From contig JBBTWQ010000041.1 of NCBI GenBank assembly GCA_038062695.1, positions 1 to 30,646 on the forward strand: a stretch of DNA of 30,646 nt. The letters are read 5' to 3'. Position numbers and translations under genes: made by a program. The notes beneath the pieces are model-generated. The model had not been told where the DNA came from. It did not search any database and was given only the letters and a program-made list of their open reading frames with translations. This document shows positions 24,723 through 30,646 of this stretch, piece by piece; the stretch's first letter is position 1; each line of letters begins with the position of its first letter. The DNA is from Patescibacteria group bacterium. GTDB lineage: Bacteria; Patescibacteriota; Microgenomatia; UBA1400; MFAQ01.

Positions 24723-26873
24723 TTATTGAACCCAACCCCTCATTTTATAGTGCCTCAACCTCGATTTGTACATCCTGGATAGTACGGGTGTTAACTCGTC
24801 ATGATAATCGTAGATAATTCTGTTTTGGTTTCCTCTCTCGATTCTGCCAACGTATTGGATTAATTTACCTTCAAAAGAAAATGGATAGGCCAAAACAAGA
24901 GCGTCGAGAATCGGTAGGTCAAAACCTTCTCCCAATAGTTGACCTGTGGCTATTAGAATTTGGAAATTACCTTGCTGGATGGAAACCATCTTTTCTCGTC
25001 TGGATTTTACCGAATCATCACCAGTGAGGGTAATAATTTCGGCTTTCCCTCGTAGGTAGAGTGATAAAACATCTACATGGTCTTTTCTTTCGGTGAGAAT
25101 AATAGTTTTTTTGCCTTGTTTTACGAGCCCTAGAATATCTGAAACAATTTGTAGATTTCGGGTGTCGTTAAAAATGACTAGTTTTGACAATAAATCGTAT
25201 TGATCGACTCTGGGAGTAAAGGGAATATTTAGAGCAGTCGATCTAATTACTAGTTTTGTTTTTGGTTGAGAGTCACCTACTCCTGAGAATAGAGCACCAC
25301 TTACTGTGGGTTTTTGATCTAGAATGGCAACGATCGGACCAATATAGTGAAAGATAAGGGATTCGTCGTGATATTTTCGCTGTGGCGTAGCTGTGAGGCC
25401 ATAAATATATTTGGGATTAAATTGAACAATGACTTCTCTAAAAGTGGTGGCTGGAATATGGTGGCACTCGTCGATTACAATAGTGCCGACTTTGCTGGCG
25501 ATATCGGCTATCTCTGATTCATTTAATCTAGTTAGGGTCTGCATCATGGCCACAGTGATTTGCTTGCCAAGTTTCTTTTTGAAGCCACTAAATTGACCAA
25601 TTTCTTTCTTGGGTACTCCCAAGAATTGGGTAATTCTCTCTTTCCATTGAGAGAGTAGCTGGGCACGGTGAACTAAGATTAGGGCTGATAAGCTTTGTTT
25701 TTCGATTAGTGATAATCCGATGACTGTTTTGCCTCCTCCTGGAGGAGCGACAATCACGCCACTATCGTGATTTAGTGATTTATCGATAATTTCTTGCTGA
25801 TAGTCATAGGCTTCGATTTTCGATTTGAACGTAGTTTTTGGCAGATTTAGACGATCATCTTCTAGAACGTAATCAATGTTTTTTAAGTGACAGTATCCTA
25901 ATAACTGTGTTAAGAACCCACGGGGAAGGGATATCTGATCGGCTGATTCTTGAATGAGTTTGAAAAATCTTTCGGTTTTGTAAGTTGACAACCCCATTCT
26001 TTCTTTGATGACAAAACCAGGGTTGAGGAAATTAAGTTCTTTTTTGAGAAAGCTGGATAGCTCTGGAGCCAGGTCGGTTTTGGCGATGGAAATCATTTTT
26101 CCAAGATGAATGTTTAGTTTCCCGTTCTTCTTTCTGGTTATTCCCGACTTGCCTTTCAACAACTTGGTGTGCAACTTGTCGAGTTGTTTGAATGTAACTC
26201 TAGAAATACTTTTCAGATATCTCCACTGATCAGGATATGGTTCGAGAGTTTCAGGATCAACAAAAACACTTTTCCCCAATGGAATCAACGTTCCTTGTAA
26301 CGGTAGAGCAATTAAATTTCCCAAACCACCTTCCTCAAGAAAATCTTGATTTGGAAACATCCGATCGTAGCTATTTTCTTCTTGAGTTGAAAACTCAAAG
26401 GCCTGATCTAAAATTGTTTTTATGATTGTTCTGGCTTTAACTGCTGGATACCAGTCGGCAAAAAGGATCCAAACATGAGCACCATTGCCAGAACGAGAGA
26501 TCTCCAAACAAGGGACAAGACCATACTTTTGGGATTTCGCAACAAAGGCTGGAGCATCTGTTCTCCAGCTAGATTTATCAAAATCAACGACGAGCAAATG
26601 ACAATTCCCGTCAGCTCGTAGAGGATACATTCCAAGAGAATCTCTACCCTCTAAATGATTATTAATTGCTTCCATCGTTAATGGCAGAGTTGTTTTGTTG
26701 GCGAAACTGGCCATTGTGCCGCCTTTTTTCTTGTGCCCCAGAAATTCTGGCCAAGAAAATTGATAGGCTGGAGAATAACCACTTTTATCATTCTTTTCCC
26801 AACGTCTGGCGTAGACATCTCTTCTGCCAGTAAAGATCTCCATAAAAAGCTGGATTTGTCCGGTAGAAATCAT
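24723..26873 (-). CDS. AEP-like primase domain fused to a DEAD/DEAH-box (SF2) helicase (TOTE-type architecture)
   Basis: N-terminal FTGRRDVYARRW, GMYPL..., VVDFD, EISRSGNGAHVW, GNLIALPLQ; helicase motifs APPGGGKT, DECHH, TAT, QYVGRIER. Confidence 0.85.
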   Translation of the reverse strand: MISTGQIQLFMEIFTGRRDVYARRWEKNDKSGYSPAYQFSWPEFLGHKKKGGTMASFANKTTLPLTMEAINNHLEGRDSLGMYPLRADGNCHLLVVDFDKSSWRTDAPAFVAKSQKYGLVPCLEISRSGNGAHVWILFADWYPAVKARTIIKTILDQAFEFSTQEENSYDRMFPNQDFLEEGGLGNLIALPLQGTLIPLGKSVFVDPETLEPYPDQWRYLKSISRVTFKQLDKLHTKLLKGKSGITRKKNGKLNIHLGKMISIAKTDLAPELSSFLKKELNFLNPGFVIKERMGLSTYKTERFFKLIQESADQISLPRGFLTQLLGYCHLKNIDYVLEDDRLNLPKTTFKSKIEAYDYQQEIIDKSLNHDSGVIVAPPGGGKTVIGLSLIEKQSLSALILVHRAQLLSQWKERITQFLGVPKKEIGQFSGFKKKLGKQITVAMMQTLTRLNESEIADIASKVGTIVIDECHHIPATTFREVIVQFNPKYIYGLTATPQRKYHDESLIFHYIGPIVAILDQKPTVSGALFSGVGDSQPKTKLVIRSTALNIPFTPRVDQYDLLSKLVIFNDTRNLQIVSDILGLVKQGKKTIILTERKDHVDVLSLYLRGKAEIITLTGDDSVKSRREKMVSIQQGNFQILIATGQLLGEGFDLPILDALVLAYPFSFEGKLIQYVGRIERGNQNRIIYDYHDELTPVLSRMYKSRLRHYKMRGWVQ

Positions 26874-27163
26874 GGTGTGAATGATACCCCACGAGACTGA
26901 TCATAAGTAATGGCAACCGCGACGATATGCTCACAAATGCAATCGTAGCTGTATGTCACACAGGTACATGAATAGGCTGGTGACCCAATTTTGGCAAAAC
27001 CAATCGTGACTGGATAGTCACTTTTTGAGTGAACCATGGCACGGCAGCCGTTATTGAAACTTTGCAATAATTCCACCCGTTTGTTGTTTGCCAAATTTTT
27101 ACCTTCTAAGTAAATGTTCTCAACCAAATCAGAATAAATAACCGACAAGTAAGAGAAGGCCAT
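26870..27163 (-). CDS. Stand-alone SWIM zinc-finger protein
   Basis: SCTCVTYSYDCICEHIVAVA matches CxC...CxH; ATGA overlap with the helicase start. Confidence 0.75.
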   Translation of the reverse strand: MAFSYLSVIYSDLVENIYLEGKNLANNKRVELLQSFNNGCRAMVHSKSDYPVTIGFAKIGSPAYSCTCVTYSYDCICEHIVAVAITYDQSRGVSFTP

Positions 27164-27178
27164 AATTCAAAAATGTTT

Positions 27179-28231
27179 TTACTTGAAATAAGTATTGAGA
27201 GCAAACTTGTACTGGTCAGTAATGATTTGCTTGAGATAGTACAAACTATTTTGTTCGTAGAAGAGAACTAGAGCTTTTTTATAAAAAGTCTCATCGACAC
27301 TTCGGTAGGATAACGGGTAATAGTCGTGAGCCAACAAAACAGCATTGGCAAGCATACGGGCAGTTCTTTTATTTCCATCCGCAAAGGGTTGGATATAGGA
27401 AATCATAGCAATTGTAATCAGAGCTTTCTCTGGGGGGTAGGTTGCTTTATTGAGGCGAGTTACGAATTTATCCACAGCTTCCTGAATTTGCCACTGGTTG
27501 TCGAGTGGATGATAAGTAGTTCCTGTAATGCCAACAGCCTGTTTTCTTATACCGGTCGTCACGTTCAAGTCCCCGATTAAGATGTTGTGAAGTTGAGTAA
27601 TCTGGGAAAGGGTAATGTTTTTATAGTCATTTTTGTTGGCCAGTATAGTTTCAAAGGCGATTTTATGATTTAAGATCATAACAGCCTCTTCCCTTGGGTG
27701 TCCTTCTGCTTCGATCTTTTGCTTGATTAAGGTTTCGGTATCAAGTAGGGAATAGGTATTGCCCTCTATTTTTGAGGACTTCCAAGAAAGTTCGATAATA
27801 AATCTCTCGACCTCCTTCAAATAAATGTCTTTATTGGCAGCTTTTGACTCTTTATCAAAATTTTTGTAGATTTTATTTAGTTCAGATTGTTCCGCTGGTG
27901 TATACAGACCAGATAGATCTCCAAAAATATCTGAATTAAATGACTTTTTGACAAATTCCCTTTGATCCGGGTCAATCACAAAATATTTATCTAAATCAAA
28001 ATATCTCAGAAGTTTGTTCGAGTTTATTCCAGAATATTTGGTGTTTCTGCCTTCACCGTGGACAACAACCATTCCCATTTTTAGCAAATGCGCCAAGTCC
28101 CTAGCGATTGTGGGAGTGGAGGCTAGATAATCTATACCGAGCCTAGATCTAACTTCGAGCCTAGAAAGACCGTTCGACTTGTTTATTAGCTCGAGAATTT
28201 GTATTTGGCGAGGATTTATCGTATCATTCAT
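27179..28231 (-). CDS. Fic family protein with an N-terminal winged HTH
   Basis: RQIQILELI...TIARDL..L...G.V...GEGRNTKY; WKSSKIEGNTYS; IQPFADGNKRTAR Fic-like motif; start MNDT at 28231 fits the promoter. Confidence 0.92.
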   Translation of the reverse strand: MNDTINPRQIQILELINKSNGLSRLEVRSRLGIDYLASTPTIARDLAHLLKMGMVVVHGEGRNTKYSGINSNKLLRYFDLDKYFVIDPDQREFVKKSFNSDIFGDLSGLYTPAEQSELNKIYKNFDKESKAANKDIYLKEVERFIIELSWKSSKIEGNTYSLLDTETLIKQKIEAEGHPREEAVMILNHKIAFETILANKNDYKNITLSQITQLHNILIGDLNVTTGIRKQAVGITGTTYHPLDNQWQIQEAVDKFVTRLNKATYPPEKALITIAMISYIQPFADGNKRTARMLANAVLLAHDYYPLSYRSVDETFYKKALVLFYEQNSLYYLKQIITDQYKFALNTYFK

Positions 28232-28239
28232 GTACACTA

Positions 28240-28268
28240 ATCGTATCAAAATGATACGAATAGGTCAA
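28240..28268 (-). promoter_or_regulatory. Sigma70 promoter of the Fic gene with an overlapping palindromic operator
   Basis: Minus strand TTGACC (28268-28263), 17 nt, TACGAT (28245-28240) with TG extension; TCGTATCA-aaa-TGATACGA inverted repeat at 28241-28259. Confidence 0.75.
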
Positions 28269-28314
28269 GTCCTCGTTCTCCTGGAAACTGAAGCTAGGGA
28301 GAGAGTCTTTTTGT

Positions 28315-28409
28315 GGCAACCAACTTGGACATGGCCAACTGACCGTACTCTCTAAATAGATTGAAATAGCCTACTAAAACCTCTTTTAATTTGCTCAAGA
28401 TTCGAACCG
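28315..28409 (+). repeat. 95-bp att-like module, copy 2
   Basis: GGCAACCAACTTGGACA...CCGTACTCTCTAAAT...CTCAAGATTCGAACCG aligns without gaps to 24532-24626. Confidence 0.9.
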
Positions 28410-28669
28410 ACTAAATTCCCCAAAATACTCTCGAGATCTGAGGTGTCCTTTATCCTCAAGTAATTGATCCCGCAATGTCCAATTGCCCCATTTTTATCCT
28501 CGCTGTCATCTATAAGGACACACTCTTGTGGCAAGAGATTATTGGCTTTAAGGTATTGACTGAAGAACAAGCTTTCTCCATTTTCATCAAAATCACCCTT
28601 TAAAGCCCTAATGAGGCCCTTTACGAAAATCCTGAAAGTAAACTTTGGGTAAGACCGGCTAAAATGTTT
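28352..28669 (-). pseudogene. C-terminal remnant of a probable HAD-family hydrolase
   Basis: Open frame ...ALKGDFDENGESLFFSQYL...PQECVLIDDS resembles HAD motifs III/IV; no N-terminal DxD half and no ATG; the frame runs into repeat copy 2. Confidence 0.45.
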
Positions 28670-28743
28670 TTAGAAAAAGTAGAGATTAAAGGTAGAAAAG
28701 TTTCGCGCTTCAAATTTGTTGGAGAATAACACAACGTATCCAT

Positions 28744-29211
28744 TTATTTAAAGCAAATTGAGAGAAGTACGGCGTCGTGTACGCTGCCTCTTTTTGACAT
28801 ATTAGGGTCGGGTATTTGGACGCCGTTTTCGATAACAAAGTTATGCTCAACAAGCTTTGTATCAACCGCGGCCCGATCATAAGAGCTTGAATCTTCCAAT
28901 GACCCGGCTCTCATCTTCATCACTTTTTCGAGAGCACTTCCAGGTGTGATATTGGTAAAACGAAATGATATCGGCGCACCCAGTTGCTCAACCGTATAAT
29001 ACGTGACGTGGTTTACGAGAGTACCCTCGATTCCCGTCTCGGAATCTCCCTCCAATTTTTGGTCACCCGTTTGGTAGCAATTTCTATACGTCAGAAGACG
29101 TTTGAAATATGCTGGATTCATTCCCAAGTTATTGTCCAGAAAGTTAAGAACAAAAAATCCAACCACGGTTAATAAGACCAATAACATCATGATTGGGAAA
29201 AATTTCTTCAC
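28744..29211 (-). CDS. Hypothetical protein with an N-terminal TM/signal segment
   Basis: 155 aa; MKKFFPIMMLLVLLTVVGFFVL; starts 3 nt after the upstream hydrolase stop. Confidence 0.75.
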   Translation of the reverse strand: MKKFFPIMMLLVLLTVVGFFVLNFLDNNLGMNPAYFKRLLTYRNCYQTGDQKLEGDSETGIEGTLVNHVTYYTVEQLGAPISFRFTNITPGSALEKVMKMRAGSLEDSSSYDRAAVDTKLVEHNFVIENGVQIPDPNMSKRGSVHDAVLLSICFK

Positions 29212-29214
29212 TTT

Positions 29215-30144
29215 CTATAAATATTTCTTAACTACCTCGATATATCTATTATCCCCCTGACTAGCTCGGTAATACCAATACTCGAACCCCCACAGAAGAA
29301 TTTCAGTTACCCCTATAGATGATGCTCTTTTTAGATTACTTTCCAAAAGTTCAGGCGAGATGCTTTTAGGGTTTTCCGATAGATATCTTTCCATACCCAT
29401 TTCCCATGGTTCTGCCTGGAGCTCTGCAATAATCACCGGTATGGGAGATTTCTCAACAAATGCTCGCAAGCGATCATGACTTATTCTTGGTCCGGAGGTA
29501 GTATATGATTTTCCACTACCCCGGTAATAAAGGTCCAAACCAACCACGTCTGCCAGCGACAATATTTTAGGGGCCAACCCCCTTGTTTCCAAAGTCTTAC
29601 CCCAAAGAGTCAGAAGAATTGGCCGACTATCAAGGCTTCTCACCAATTCAACCTCTTCTTTAAGAAAATCAAAAGGAAACGCTAAATTTTCCGAACCAGT
29701 CGGATCAAGCGGTTCATTTTCGACTTGCCAATGGGTGATGCATTTAAATCTTTTTAAAGCTCCTACACATTCTTTTGTAAACAACAGGGTTCTTTTTCTT
29801 GCTTCCGGACTACCTAAGTTTTTCTCTGCCAAATATGTTGGCCAGTAAAATTCTGGATATCGGGGCGACTTTACTCCTACGTTCATGATCACCGGCTGTC
29901 CTACTCTTTCGCACCGACCCAATAGACCTTCCAAGACAGAAAAATCGTACACCCCCGGTTCTCTTTCTACCTCCGGCCAATAACTGCCAAATCTAATGTG
30001 TGAAAAACCAAAACCCAAAGCCAGTTCCAAAGCGTCGTTAACGGTGATTGGGGGATTATCAGGAGGTTTGACACAATCGAGGTAATTTAAATGAGTATGA
30101 CTAAACGTAATCCCGAAACGAGCAAAAGACATTTCTTTTGTCAT
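29215..30144 (-). CDS. Clan GH-A glycoside hydrolase-like TIM barrel (beta-galactosidase-like)
   Basis: IRFGSYW..VE.EPGVYDF, GVKSPRYPEFYWP, WQVENEP (acid/base), GLDLY, IAELQAEPW (nucleophile), LWGFEYW. Confidence 0.82.
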   Translation of the reverse strand: MTKEMSFARFGITFSHTHLNYLDCVKPPDNPPITVNDALELALGFGFSHIRFGSYWPEVEREPGVYDFSVLEGLLGRCERVGQPVIMNVGVKSPRYPEFYWPTYLAEKNLGSPEARKRTLLFTKECVGALKRFKCITHWQVENEPLDPTGSENLAFPFDFLKEEVELVRSLDSRPILLTLWGKTLETRGLAPKILSLADVVGLDLYYRGSGKSYTTSGPRISHDRLRAFVEKSPIPVIIAELQAEPWEMGMERYLSENPKSISPELLESNLKRASSIGVTEILLWGFEYWYYRASQGDNRYIEVVKKYL

Positions 30145-30153
30145 AAAAATATT

Positions 30154-30645
30154 TTACAGTAATTTTTCAATAACCTCGGCATAGACTACTTCTATTGATC
30201 CCGTCGCGTCGACATGGACCAACCTCCAGTTCGGCTGATTTCCAATAATGCTGGCCCTCTCTCCCAGGTGGTCGAAATATTTTGAAAGACGGGCTAAGAT
30301 CCCCTCGATGGTGTCATCATTTCTATTCCGTCCCGTCTCACCCATCAGTCGTTCGAAACTCATCCAGCCCGGGATACGCAGGTGAACTACACTAATCGGT
30401 AAGTTTAGGTTGGCTTTGGCCAACATCGCGGCGAAATCCTGGGTTTCCTCGAGAGTTCGCAGTCCCCCGTCGAGAACCAAACCGTCGGCAACGTCATTTT
30501 GGCTAAAACGATGGACCAGAATTTTCAGTAAGGTCGCCCCGTCAAGATACGCGTGATTGGCAAACATATTGCGGCATTCATCACCGAGCGACCCCCTATC
30601 ATTTTCAGCCAGGTCGCGGATAATGTCCCCGGTGGTAACGTAAGG
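30154..30645 (-). CDS. Adenylate-kinase-like nucleoside monophosphate kinase (5' end outside the window)
   Basis: The frame extends to the window edge: PYVTTGDIIRD...SLGDECR, LVLDGGLRT, GRNRNDDT..IL.RL..Y, VDA. Confidence 0.8.
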   Translation of the reverse strand, partial: PYVTTGDIIRDLAENDRGSLGDECRNMFANHAYLDGATLLKILVHRFSQNDVADGLVLDGGLRTLEETQDFAAMLAKANLNLPISVVHLRIPGWMSFERLMGETGRNRNDDTIEGILARLSKYFDHLGERASIIGNQPNWRLVHVDATGSIEVVYAEVIEKLL

Positions 30646-30646
30646 T

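Larger units (their letters stand above)
24540..28322 (-). mobile_element. Putative tRNA-Gln-integrated islet without integrase (Fic, SWIM, primase-helicase)
   Basis: Starts at the tRNA 3' end, ends at a GGCA-A-CCA copy of the tRNA end; AT-richer than the core; all three genes on the minus strand. Confidence 0.7.

Noticed and set aside
24508-24735. 75-aa minus-strand ORF ending ...LAAGLGIEPR, resembling an integrase tail overlapping a tRNA
   Set aside because: The tail is just the tRNA antisense; there are no recombinase motifs. The GSNL-like peptide and the tail are in different frames in both repeat copies, so a non-coding module fits better.
1-30646. CRISPR array, cas genes, IS transposase or integrase
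   Set aside because: No regularly spaced repeat-spacer series and no such protein motifs were found; the 95-bp module occurs only twice.
1-30646. Alternative genetic code (TGA reassigned, as in some CPR lineages)
   Set aside because: Conserved genes are full length under the standard bacterial code, and several end at TGA at the expected position (rny, rel, secD).

Overview
Mostly a housekeeping stretch that looks like a reduced-genome Candidate Phyla Radiation bacterium, probably Microgenomates-like. This is inferred from the short archaeal-type AspRS, TRAM-less MiaB, short GluRS and Rel, and small conserved hypothetical proteins. Gene order: tRNA-Pro, recA-recX-(structured RNA)-rny, HU-miaB-miaA-AI-2E, rnpB, a TM-helix protein, an AT-rich dinD-like islet, DUF5679, DUF4446, DUF3048, a YegD-like Hsp70, wHTH-NTase, AbrB, secD-secF, cca, rel, aspS, dacA-like, gltX, hypotheticals and tRNA-Gln(CUG). 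An AT-rich accessory region starts at the 3' end of tRNA-Gln. It holds a 3.8-kb integrase-less unit (HTH-Fic, SWIM finger, AEP-primase/SF2-helicase fusion) bounded by two gapless 95-bp copies of a three-box module. A second unit follows (HAD remnant, membrane protein, clan GH-A hydrolase, adenylate-kinase-like protein). Other main observations: REP/REPIN-like palindromes inside coding sequences (a perfect 22-bp-arm, 18-codon hairpin in miaA), a promoter-driven structured RNA with an alternative fold before rny, a zinc-ribbon insertion in the CCA enzyme, a reduced RNase P RNA, and many apparently leaderless genes. All alignments and counts were done by eye; no database searches were run.
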